Position numbers and translations under genes: made by a program
Part shown: positions 30,476 to 42,787 of the stretch, piece by piece
How positions within the stretch are numbered: the stretch's first letter is position 1
Layout of the letters: every line of letters begins with the position of its first letter
Notes under the pieces: model-generated
What the model was told of the DNA's origin: nothing
The model's database searches: none
The model's input: the letters and a program-made list of their open reading frames with translations, nothing else
Assembly (NCBI GenBank): GCA_951406725.2
Contig: OX597817.1
Span: 62,000,001-62,064,000, forward strand
Direction: 5' to 3'
Length of the DNA: 64,000 nt
DNA from: Octopus vulgaris
Taxonomy: Eukaryota

Positions 30476-32730
30476 TGTTGTGGCGAGAGTTACGATACCC
30501 CCCGTGAGAATAGACTTGACCGAACGACTATAGATAGTAGCGGTTTGAGTTGGCATTAATCGCAGTAAGTCGTAAGGCGTCGTTTTGGTAGTTTGTCGGA
30601 ATATCGTTTGTTGGTTCGTGCATAGTTCGTGGAGAGTTTGTTGGATTGTTACGTTGCTGCTACCCTGCTTCTTTATATATTTTATTGTTACAACACGGTT
30701 ATAGTATAAACAACTATCATCATAAATAGTGGCGATGCTACAATGATTAACGACGAGTAATTAATTATGTTACAATATTGGCAACGAGGATTCGAAGCTC
30801 ATGCAAGTCAGCTAACAAATTTTTGAGATACAAAGTTGTTAATGATGTAAGACTTATTAGCTTCTATGATACAGTTGCAATAACGGCAACAAGAACAGCA
30901 ACAAGAGTTGCAGAAATAACCACTTCAGCAACAAGAAAAACAACAGTTATGTCTTAAGAAGTCCGGAAAAACTATTCGTTTTTGCCCGACAGCGTATCGA
31001 ACTCTATAACAGAATTCAGTTATGACCCAGGTGGGGGTTAAACGTTTGCTGCGTACTTTAGAAGGTACGAAGAAATCTTCAGGGAAGATTGCAAGTCGTG
31101 GACGGATAACGAAAATGTAAGACTATTATTACGCAAATTAGCGCTGAATGAACATGGAAAATATAGTAATTTCATACTACCCCAAAAAACTAGTGAAATT
31201 TGTTTCCAGGAAACAGTCTAACTACAATCAAAAATATTCAGTGAAAAGAGTTCCCTATTTAACACTCGATGGGAGTGTTGGAACTCAGTTAAAAGAGAGG
31301 ATGAAGACTTTGTGACGTATGCCGCGACCGTAAACAGAATGTGTGAAACGTTTAAACTTAATGATATGTTTAAGAGCCTCATTTTTGTACAAGGGCTTAC
31401 GGGAAACAAAGATGCGGAAATACGTGCAAGAATTCTACAAAACTTGGACAAGCGAACCAAAGTTTAACCCAACAAACAGTTGCTGAAGAGTGTCAAAGAA
31501 TGGTAAACTTACGTCAGGACGTAAAGAAAATTGAATTACAAGCGTGCCGACCAGGAAGGTATAGACAAAAAAAACATTAAGATCAAACCCGTGCAACGGA
31601 TGTGGAGCTTTACACTTCAAGAAGGATTGCCCTATCAAAATGCAAACATGTTACAGTTGCTAAAAAGGAGGACACAAGGGCTCACATTGCAGAGCCCTTA
31701 GGAAGGTCGAATATAAAAAATTCTAAAGTTTTCTCAACGGAAAAAGTGACACCAAAAAGAGGAAATTTGTACATGTAAAAGTAAACGAAATGAATATTAA
31801 ATTACAACTAGATACTCGTAGCGACATCTCGATTATTAATACCGAAGAGTGGATAAGAAATGGGAAACTTACATTTAAGAAAAACATTGCACGAGGCGTG
31901 ACAGGTGAAAAACTACACTTCGTAGGTGAAATGTGGAGTGATATCACATTTCGAAGAAAGACCTGTAGAGCAAAAGTTTTCATGAAAAAAAACAAAAAAA
32001 ACGCAACCAATCTCATCGGTACGGACTGGTTGGAGTTGTTTGACTTATGGAACCTCCTTATAAGTCTTTTCTGTAAATAAATAAATAGCTGTTCTATCGG
32101 TGAAAAGAACTTAGTAGGTGAACTGAATAAAATTTTAAAAACTTGTTTCCTGAAGTGCTGTCGGATAAATTAGGTTTCTGTTCTAAGACGGAGGTTTATT
32201 TTCAAATAAAGGAAAACTTGTATTCAAAGTTAATAGAAAGGTACCATTTGCTGCGATAAAGCAGGTAGAGGAAGAATTACACAGACTGCTGGAGAAAATG
32301 GGAATTATTCAAAAAGTAGGTTATTCTAAGTGGATAGCACCAACTGTGTGTATTAAAAAAAATCAGGGTGAGTGCGGATTTTTTTTTACTAGTTTGAATG
32401 ACTGTCTAAAAATGTGCCATTACCTACTACCTATTCCAGAGGATATTTTTGAAAAATATTTTCAAAACTGAATCTGTCTGATGCATATCTACAAATTAAA
32501 GTAGATGAAAAATGTTCGAAGTTTCTAACAGTGAATACGCTCAGAGAACTATAGAAATATAATAGATTATCATGTAGTCTGAAGGTCGCACCTGCAATAT
32601 TTCAATAGGTTATGGATGCGATGTTGGCGGACTGTCAATTTGCAATTCCTTACCTCGATGATGTATTAATTAAAAGTGATTCTCGTGATCAGGATATCGA
32701 ACATGTGAAGTGTGTTTTTCAAGAGACTAC
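30476..32730 (+). mobile_element. Degenerate Ty3/Gypsy (Mag-like) LTR retrotransposon, 3'-truncated
   Basis: Putative LTR TG...CA at 30476-30774, then PBS TGGCAACGAGGAT at 30779 (one mismatch to the tRNA-Ser(GCT) 3' complement). Gag (FAAYFRRYEEIF...LLLRKL...SLFNTRWEC), two CCHC knuckles (CNGCGALHFKKDC; CYSC*KGGHKGSHC), protease LQLDTRSDISII and RT ...LSDAYLQI...APAIFQ*VMDAML...YLDDVLI follow. Multiple stops and frameshifts. Confidence 0.9.
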
Positions 32731-32977
32731 AGTTTCACACTCAGTGTTTTTCTTTCAGAAAGTCCCGGATAAACTTCCTACAACCGGATATATCTCTGCA
32801 AAGAACAACTCTCTACTCGAGTGGGGCATGTTCTCCGATTCTTGTTTCGAATGACTTTGCCAGGTGGTACTATTAAGTTAGATATGGTCTGGACCAATAC
32901 TGGACGAAACCTATCAAAGTATCAGAGTGTATGTATGTATATATATACGTATGCATATATATATATATATATGTATA

Positions 32978-33017
<40 letters not shown>

Positions 33018-33091
33018 TATATCTACATATATATACAGATGTATATGCATATATATGTATACATATACACACATATATATATACATATATA

Positions 33092-33143
<52 letters not shown>

Positions 33144-33144
<1 letters not shown>

Positions 33145-33902
33145 TAGCAGTATCGCCCGGCGTTGCTCAGGTTTGTAAGGGAAATAACTATAAAGCATTT
33201 TTAGAGAGTTATAGCCAAAAAATAGAAAAAAAATGATGGTAAATTTTTTTTGAGAGTTAAAACAGGTGGAGTTGCGTCCCCTAGACGGTCTGTGGTTTGG
33301 GTTTCTCATTCTCGACCCCATGTCGAATTTATCGATTTTTTTCAGAACTGGGGGAACTTTTCAAAATTTTCGCTGCGTTAGTTTTGAATTATGACATTGG
33401 GCTATGTGTGTGTCAAGTTTCATCAGAATCGGTTGAAAGCCGTGGTCAGAGTGAGGGTACGAGAAAACAGACACACAGAAACACGCACAGACAAACTGCC
33501 GTTTATATAGAGAGAGATAGCAGTATCGCCCGGCGTTGCTCAGGTTTGTAAGGGAAATAACTATAAAGCATTTTTAGAGAGTTATAGCCAAAAAATAGCA
33601 AAAAAATGGAAAAAAAATGATGGTAAATTTTTTTTGAGAGTTAAAACAGGTGGAGTTGCGTCCCCTAGACGGTCTGTGGTTTGGGTTTCTCATTCTCGAC
33701 CCCATGTCGAATTTATCGATTTTTTTTCAGAACTGGGGGAACTTTTCAAAATTTTCGCTGCGTTAGTTTTGAATTATGACATTGGGCTATGTGTGTGTCA
33801 AGTTTCATCAGAATCGGTTGAAAGCCGTGGTCAGAGTGAGGGTACGAGAAAACAGACACACAGAAACACGCACAGACAAACTGCCGTTTATATAGAGAGA
33901 GA
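33144..33902 (-). mobile_element. Head-to-tail tandem pair of non-autonomous Helitrons
   Basis: Two near-identical units of about 375-385 bp (33144-33517, 33518-33902). On the minus strand: A|TCTCTCTCTATATAAAC... 5' end, subterminal hairpin CCTGAGCAACGCCGGG and CTAG|T 3' end; inserted in an AT dinucleotide with no TSD. Confidence 0.85.
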
Positions 33903-34135
33903 TTACGGAGATGTACTCGCATAGCAAGTAATTTGATCTGAGATCGTGTGCTGAAACGAAAACAATTGCAGCGTAGAAGGTGTTTATAAGCCATTTAAGA
34001 AACACACAAAAGCCGTTCGATTCACTCCAACATTTAAGTTTAATTTGTCAAGATATTTTCGTCGCTAAAATCCGCGACCTGTTCACTGACAAAGTCCGTG
34101 CTGCATCTCTTTGTGTATATATATACCTGTGCATA

Positions 34136-34184
<49 letters not shown>

Positions 34185-34190
<6 letters not shown>

Positions 34191-34288
34191 GCACACTCAA
34201 AATATAAATAACAAATACTAAGTATATGCACGTGCAGCCACCCACCACATAGACGGACACATACATACAAACCCACACACATGTATAC

Positions 34289-34345
<57 letters not shown>

Positions 34346-34491
34346 TGTATATATGTGTGTAAGTGTGTGTATATATGTATATGTAAGTGTGTGTGCGTGT
34401 ATGAGTATGTATGTATGTTTGCACACATGTATATGTGTGTGTATGTGTATATATATGTATATATATGTATATATATATATATATATGTATG

Positions 34492-34528
<37 letters not shown>

Positions 34529-34944
34529 GTGTGTTTGTGTATGTATGTATGGATATATATGCGTGTGTATGTGTATGTGTATATGTACATATACGTGTAC
34601 GCTCGTGTGTTTATGTATATGTAGGTACGTAGAGTTATCTATGTGTGTATGTATTTGTACATGTGTGTAAGTATGTATATATATATATGTGTGTATATGT
34701 GTGTGTGTGTACATATATACACATACGTATATGTATACATATGTGTATATATGTACATATATATATATACATATACATATATATATATACATACTTACAC
34801 ACATGTACAAATACATACACACATAGATAACTCTACGTACCTACATATACATAAACACACGAGCGTACACGTATATGTACATATACACATACACATACAC
34901 ACGCATATATATCCATACATACATACACAAACACACATATATAC

Positions 34945-34975
<31 letters not shown>

Positions 34976-35121
34976 CATACATATATATATATATATATAC
35001 ATATATATACATATATATACACATACACACACATATACATGTGTGCAAACATACATACATACTCATACACGCACACACACTTACATATACATATATACAC
35101 ACACTTACACACATATATACA

Positions 35122-35186
<65 letters not shown>

Positions 35187-35290
35187 GTATACATGTGTGT
35201 GGGTTTGTATGTATGTGTCCGTCTATGTGGTGGGTGGCTGCACGTGCATATACTTAGTATTTGTTATTTATGTTTTGAGTGTGCATGTAT
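34185..35290. repeat. About 1.1-kb near-perfect palindrome of mosaic microsatellite DNA
   Basis: Unique landmarks mirror around 34732-34733, e.g. GCACGTGCAGCCACCCACCACATAGACGGAC vs GTCCGTCTATGTGGTGGGTGGCTGCACGTGC and GTAGAGTTATCT vs AGATAACTCTAC. Confidence 0.92.
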
Positions 35291-35527
35291 GGGTGGCTGC
35301 GCGTGTGTGTGTTTTGTTGTTTATATATATATATATATAATATATGTATACACACACATATATATATATACACAGACATGCATTCATGTATATATATATA
35401 TATATATATATAATGATTTGTGTCTATCTAAATAAATAAAAGATGATAGTATCACTACTGATTCAGTTTAGCCCAACAGGTATGGATTGAACGGCAAAGA
35501 AAAAAAGTGTAATGAAATTATTCTCAC

Positions 35528-35587
35528 CTATTGCACTCATTAGTAATGGCAGAAGCAGCAGAGCCCCTATGAACACGGTTACCGTCC
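35528..35587 (-). CDS. TMEM272: 60-bp internal exon of the TMEM272-like gene (first TM helix)
   Basis: Minus strand reads ttttgcag-type acceptor (actttgcag)|GG ACG GTA ACC GTG TTC ATA GGG GCT CTG CTG CTT CTG CCA TTA CTA ATG AGT GCA ATA G|gtgag, i.e. xTVTVFIGALLLLPLLMSAIG. It is phase 1/1, joins in frame to GT GTG AAA of the terminal exon, and aligns with the recalled family segment CFVVVLCAFLALPLSMTFIG. Too short for the ORF track. Implied intron 16076-35527. Confidence 0.88.
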
Positions 35588-35911
35588 CTGCAAAGTATAT
35601 AAGAATACAATAGTTTAAATATATCATAACAGACTTCCAAATATCTAATTAGCAAAATGTTACTATCTCAGTCGAGAATAAATATATATGCATAGATAAA
35701 TATCAATTTTATGAGAAAGCGCGAATTTAAATATTTAACATTTACAATCATATAATACTAGCAAAATCGTTAGTAGTCCGCGCAAAATGCTTAGCGGTAT
35801 TTTGTAATTTTTTGAGTTCAAATTCCGCCGAGGTCGACTTTAGCTTCCGTCCTTTCAAGGTCGATGAAATAAGTACTAGTTGAACCCTGGTGTCAATGTA
35901 ATTGTCTTTGT

Positions 35912-36242
35912 CAAGTGTCTTCTACTATAACCTAAGGCCGGCCAAAGCCTGGTAAGTGGGTTTGGTAGACGGAAACTGAAAGAAGCCCGTCGTATGTATA
36001 TATATATATATGTATATATATGAATGAGTGTGTTTGTTATTTGTGTCTGTGTTTGACCCCATCATCGCTTGACAACCGATGTTGGTGTGTTTACGTCCCC
36101 GTCACTTAGCGGTTCGGCAAAAGGAGCCGATAGCATAAGTGCTAGACTTACGAAGAATAAGTCCTGGGGTCGATTTGTTCGACTAAAGGAGTTGCTTCAG
36201 CGTGGCCGCAGTCAAATGACTGAAATAAGTAAAAGAATAAAA

Positions 36243-36245
<3 letters not shown>
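35912..36245 (+). mobile_element. 5'-truncated SINE family B copy fused to a family A head
   Basis: Begins at CAAGTGTCTTCTACTATA directly after a family A fragment; ends in an AAAAGAAT tail. Confidence 0.75.
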
Positions 36246-36315
<70 letters not shown>

Positions 36316-37931
36316 CATACATACATACATACATACATACATACATACATACATAGGTGGATAATTTTTACTTTTAGATTCATACCGCTCGCCTCTGCTT
36401 CGTATACTATTTAAGAACGTTGAATAACGTTCTTGAAAGAAAGAAGAGAGAACGTATCAAGCCCTATTTAATAATAGACAATATAAATGTGGGTTGGCTG
36501 GTTGGTTGATTGGTTGGTTGGTTGGCTGGTTGGTTGGTTGGTAAGGTTTTACATCGAATAAAGATATGGGAGAGAGTAAAGACGCAGAGAGAATTAACTT
36601 TAGAAGTACTGGATGGGTGTACATACATGGCTTGGTGGCAGGTAAGAGTAAAAAAGGTGCGTCACATACACACATGAAAAAGACTTATAGATACAGAAAA
36701 GTAGAGGGTAAAAAGAGAATAAATAAATAATTTGTGGGGAGCTATAGAAATGACAAATTTGCTTTATTTGATAAAATTGAAATTATTGCCACCCATGGTA
36801 GCAAACTTATAATGTTACCCGTATATGACGGTAACACGTCTGTAGCTATTATCAAAAAGAAAGCGGTGAAGTATTTAAATGGAATCATAATTAGCATTAC
36901 AATCTAATCACTTCTGAAGGATATGAAGTATTAGTCTCAATATTTGGTACTAGGCCAGCAATTTCGGGGCTGGGGGTAAGTCGATAACATCGATGTCAAT
37001 GATCAACTGGTACATATTTTATGGACCACGATGGGATAAAAAGCAAAGTCGGCGTCGGCGGATATCACGGAGTGTGTGAAATACGCTGCAGAAGGGATTC
37101 ATCATAAAGGTTTCCAGATAGGTATGAAGTAAAGAAGAGTTCTTGAAAGATCTGCAACGTATTTCTCCAAGGTATGTGTGTAAAGAAAAAAAAATGTAAC
37201 GTAACACACAAACACTATGATACGCCGACAGCAAAACTGAATTCATGATAACGTATCGATTCCACCATGTTTCCTCCACAATGTTGATACATCAGACTTA
37301 ATTTTCTTAATGTGTTGAAAGTTGTTTAAATTAAGAAACTTTAATTAAAATTAAAAATGAATTGCTTGTTTTACGGAACGGAGCATGCAAAGGAATGATT
37401 TAAATGTCATATTTAAAAATATCTTTGATTCCATCAAAATTTGACATTTGCGTGACTTTTCTAATGAGAGATACTCATAAACGGTAGATTAACCGTACTA
37501 ACAGGAAAAGAAGGGATACATTTTTGTTAAGAAGAGATACAGAAAACTATAATTTGCTGTCAAATATACGCTCGTACATCAGAGCCGATGCATTGTTGTT
37601 AAACTGACATTTCAAGTAGACGATTACGTATTCAAATGAAAACCTAGACACAAACATACAGAAATAGAAAAAAAATTAATCATGGAAAACACAAACACAA
37701 ACTCAAGCACGCATAGTCAAACACATATACACACATATGCACGTACACACATATGCACATACAAGCGCACACACACATATACACACTGGCAAACCCATAT
37801 TTGCACACACGACTTGGCACACACGTATTCATCTTCTGAGATTTTATACCGATATCTTTTCTCACAATACTTTCCAAAGTTTCTAATTATAACTGAACAG
37901 TAATCGTAAAAGCTCACACACACACACACAC

Positions 37932-37964
<33 letters not shown>

Positions 37965-37998
37965 CGCATGTGTGCACATAAACACACGCACAAACATA

Positions 37999-38098
<100 letters not shown>

Positions 38099-38127
38099 CG
38101 CATATGTGCACATAAACACACGCACAG

Positions 38128-38191
<64 letters not shown>

Positions 38192-39364
38192 GTGCGTGTG
38201 TGTGTGTGTGTGTGTGTACACGCAAATATATGATGCAGAGAGTTATGTGCTGTCTATAGTTATTGATAGTTTAGTTTCCATAGCGTTACTTACAACAGTC
38301 CGTCTGTTGGAACCTAAAATTGAATACTTTATTAATAGATTCTACGATGAAAACTTTTACATCATCCAAAATGTGATTCATTCTTTTTATTTCCACAACA
38401 ACTTTTTGTTTCTTTTTTGTTCTTTTTTCTCTCCATATTCTTCTTTGCATCCACCTTTCTTGCTCTCCTCACGATTCATTAGTCTCACATAATCTTACTT
38501 TTTCTCTGTATTTATTTCTTCTGCTGTCACCATTATGTCTATCATACCGCATTCAAGAGTTATACATTTTTTTTGTCTCTATCCATTTACACATTCTTAC
38601 CACCCTTGATGCCTCCCTAGTTATGCCATACATTCTCTTATTTTCTCTTCCCTGTCTACAACAAATACACACAATCCGCATTCACTCATCCTTCCATACA
38701 TGCAATCCCAGTATATGCTCTTTTAATTACTTCTACTTCCTATAGCCACGACAATACTTTCCTCAAACCACTTCTTTATTATTCTCTAATATTCTCATAT
38801 TTTTCTTCCTACTCTGCATTCTCCCAACTTCTTCATATTCCTGCATGCAATATTTTCATCTACTCTTCTTCCTTAATCTCTTTATCTTCCCAATCTTCGT
38901 TCATACATCACCTAAATACACCCTTACCGATCCTCTCTTTTTAGACATCAATCCCCTTTTAAAACTGCACGAGATATTGAAATAGAATTATATTAAAAGC
39001 AATGAATGTATCTTAATTGAAAAGTAAAATTTTTGAGGAAAAATTACACATCAAGTTTTCATTCACCAATCAACATTCCCTTTTTTATATTATTCCCTCA
39101 CAACCTTCACCAATACAACCTTTAGTTCCTTGCCTAAAAAATCGATTAATACACTTTCGTCGACTATTGAAAAGAGAAGTTTAAGTATTCTCGTTTGTTT
39201 TCATTGCTATATTTTATTTCCTGTTGTTTTTCGTGTGGTTGTTGAAGTTGGTTTTCATTCAGCTACACAAGAGAGTTTGAAGAAAATGGATTCTGATGGT
39301 TGAGAATGTAAAAAATAAGCAGCTATGACCATCCCAACAATTATAGGAACTCAATAACGTTCCA

Positions 39365-39802
39365 AAATTTGGCACGAGGCCAGCAATTTCGAGGGAGGGG
39401 TAAATCGATTATAGCAACTTCAGTGCTCAAGTGGTACTTATTTTATCGATTCCGAAAGTTTGAAAGGCAAAGTCAATCTCGGGGGAATTTGAACTCAGAA
39501 TGTAAAGACGGACGATATGCCGCTAAACATTTTGCTCGGTGTGCTAATGGTTCTACCGGCCTGCCACCTTACGTACGTTAGAGTATTCCTTTCTACTATA
39601 GGCACAAGGCCTGAAATTTTGAGCAAAGGGATATCCGGTTGCATGTACCCTTGTGTTTAACTGCTACTTATTTTATCGACCAAGAAAGGATAAAAGGCAA
39701 AGTCGATCTCGACGGAATTTGAACTTAAAACGGAAAGACAGACGGACGAAATAGCACAAAGCATTTTGCCCAGCGCAGTAACAACCTGCCAGCTTACCAC
39801 CT
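39365..39802 (-). mobile_element. Two adjacent degraded family A-related SINEs
   Basis: Both contain aaggcaaagtc...ggaatttgaact and ggcac(a/g)aggcc ends. Further related copies at about 35760-35900(+), 36950-37065(-), 51828-51965(+), 60695-60902(-) and 62972-63182(-). Confidence 0.75.
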
Positions 39803-40162
39803 GAGCGTATGTTAGAATATTAACCAATGTTCAATTTTCTGGAAACAACGCTGAGTCTCGTCCTAAAAGAAAAGTGCCCACCCATTTAAAACGCTCCACA
39901 GGAGTGCATTTTTCTCATGCATATTAGTCAGAATTTGAAAATTTATTAGAATTTCAGATTTCAGTATCATATATTCTACACATAAAACAACACCAAATTC
40001 TAAAAGAGCAACAACAACAAACTCAACAACATCCACAAGAACAACATCAACCATGAAGTATTACCTCTAAAGTTTAGTTATATTCACGTTCTGATACTAC
40101 GCATTTTCTTTCGTTGCTATGCTAAACTTAATCTACAGTTAAGCGAACTTCCTTTCACAGCA

Positions 40163-40166
40163 TAAC

Positions 40167-40222
<56 letters not shown>

Positions 40223-40278
40223 TGATAATAATAATAATAATAATGATAATAATAACAATGATAATAATAATAATAATG

Positions 40279-40333
<55 letters not shown>

Positions 40334-41500
40334 GATGGCATGCACTGCTCTCTCACTCAATAATAATAATAAAAATAATAATAATAATAATACTTTTCGT
40401 GCTCCTGGTTCATTGTTTTGCTTTGTTGTTTGTGTTTATAAATTATAAATCCCCATCTTACCCTCACCACCGCTGTTCTTGCTCGTATTTTGCCTTCAGG
40501 ATTTATATTTACCGCGTTGATGCAGAACAAACCCGGATTACACGGATACTGGATTTGTCATACGATACTAACAAAACAAGCTAACTTTGTTCCCGGAGCT
40601 ATAAAATGGTTATGAAAACTAAAATTCCTTATGAGAAATTTCATCCTGCATTTACTAATAATGTGGATTTTTGGTAAAAAAAAATAATAACATAAAATAA
40701 AATAAAACGTATGTGTGTATATGTAAATTATGATACTGAGGATGACGACGACAATGAAGATGAAGAGAAAACGAAGAAAAAGAAGAAGCGGAAGAAAAAA
40801 GATGAAGAAGAAAAAGCATATGATGATGATGATGAGGAGGAGGAGGCGGAGGAGGCGGAGGAGGCGGAGGAGGCGGAGGAGCCGGAGAAGGCGGTGGAGG
40901 AGGAGGTGGAGGAGGTGGTGGAGGAGGTGGAGGCGGTGGTGGTGGAGGTGGTGGAGGAGGAGGAGGTGGAGGTGGGGGAGGAGGAGGATATGGTGAAGGG
41001 AATGGTGAGGTTGAGGATGATGAGAAAGGTGGAGGAAATGCGGTGAAGAAGAGCAGAGAGTTGATAGAAAGGAATGAGAAGGGTTAAGAGGCTAGGGAAG
41101 ATGCTGGGGGAAAAGGATGAGATAAAAGTGATAATAATTCAAATGATGGCGTTGAGGATTATGATGGTGGTGGTAGTGATTTTGCTTCTGCTGCTGCTGC
41201 TGCTGCTGATGATGATGATGGTGATGACGATCATAGAGCGGTAAATTGGCATAATTGTTTGACCACTGGAAAAAGTATCTTGTAATATTTTATCCAGTTC
41301 TTTACATTCTGTGTTCTGTGTTCGTCCTTTCATCGAGAGGCTGCTTAAGTTCCAGTCAAGAAGTAGGATCGATGATATCAGCCAACTCCCTCCCCTGGAT
41401 TTCACACTAACATTGATGATGATTGATACTAGCGGTGGTGGCGGTGGTGGTGGTGGTGGTGGTGGTGGTGGTGGTGGTGGTGGTGGTGGCGGTGGTGGAG
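40163..41500. repeat. Cluster of trinucleotide tracts (AAT)n, (GAG/GTG/GAT)n, (CTG)n, (GGT)n
   Basis: Directly visible at about 40163-40391, 40740-41045, 41160-41230 and 41432-41498. Confidence 0.9.
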
Positions 41501-41728
41501 AGGAGAAATCGAACGGCAAAAATAAATTTACAATACAACAAAATAAAGATGCACAATTGATACGAAAGGCAAAATAAGGAATATAATGCGGAGCTATATG
41601 TATATAACTCCGCGACTTTCAATTCAAACTCTTCCTTCTGGTCATTTTCAGAAGTGAAACCGTTAATCCAGACACATTTTTTTATCCTCCCTAAATTCTT
41701 TTTCTCTCTCCGTTTTCTTTCCCTCATT

Positions 41729-41766
41729 CCTTTCTGTCGAAGGGCCTATGTTCGAAACGTCAAAGG
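41729..41766 (+). ncRNA. Minimal type I hammerhead-like motif (A6 to U) in a Penelope-type terminal repeat
   Basis: CCTTT-CTGTCGA-A-GGGC ctat GTTC-GAAA-CG-TC-AAAGG. Confidence 0.65.
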
Positions 41767-42787
41767 CTTTTCCATCTTTCCTGAGCGTCACACTAATACA
41801 CCTTGTCAATGGTTCCTTCACCTGAGTATATATTTTTTTTTTTTGTACATTTGAACTATGTAACCTCCCCCCACACACACATGCATTAAACAAATATATA
41901 TCGTTTTTAGTGGTGGTGCTCAAAGTAAATATAGCTATAAATAATAGCGTGTAAATATTGGATTAAAGAAAAATCACTGAATGGTAAACGTCGATGGCTG
42001 TACGTGAGACTGGAATTCACATCTGTGAATATCACTGACGTTCTCCCATTGTACCAAAGCAATCCATCGGATTTCTCCATCTACTTTAGAAGCTTTGCTC
42101 CTTCCAACGAGAATTGTATGTTGCTTACGTCATAGCCATTAAGGAATTTCAAGAGATATGAGAAAATCATTTTTTACAGTGGAACTCGAAGTAGATAATG
42201 CTTTAGATAATAGCGTATAAATATTAGGTTGGGAAACAATGCTTGGATGGAAAAAGCCAAAGGAAAACTGCTTGGATGGAAAACGTCAGTAGAAGAGGCA
42301 AATGTTTTTCAACCCCAACATCTATATTTACATGTTATCATTTATCTACTACGCTACGAGTCACATTACTAAAAAGCTATTTATTTCATCTCTCGAAGTT
42401 TCTAAATTGTAATGATACAAGCATTAGATAGAATAATAGACAGAAAGACAGAAAAACAGACAGACGAAAAGACAGAGAGAGAAAGAAAGACAGACAGATA
42501 GATAGATAAACAGGCATACATACAGACAGACACATACATACATACATTCAGTCAGACATACATACATACAGATAGATAGATAAACAGATATACAGACAGA
42601 CAGACAAACAGATACATAGATAGTTAGATAGAAAAATAGACAGACAGACAGACAGACAGACAGATAGATAGATAGATAGATAGATATATAGATAGATAGA
42701 TAGATAGACAGACAGATGTCTACATATATACATATACAGACACACGTGTGTGTATGTGTGTTGAAATGTGTATAATGTGATAGATAA

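Noticed and set aside
40711-41046. Acidic poly-E and poly-R ORFs; likewise poly-G/K at 22957-23286 and poly-P at 41139-41519
   Set aside because: Trinucleotide repeat expansions without splice signals or unique domain sequence.
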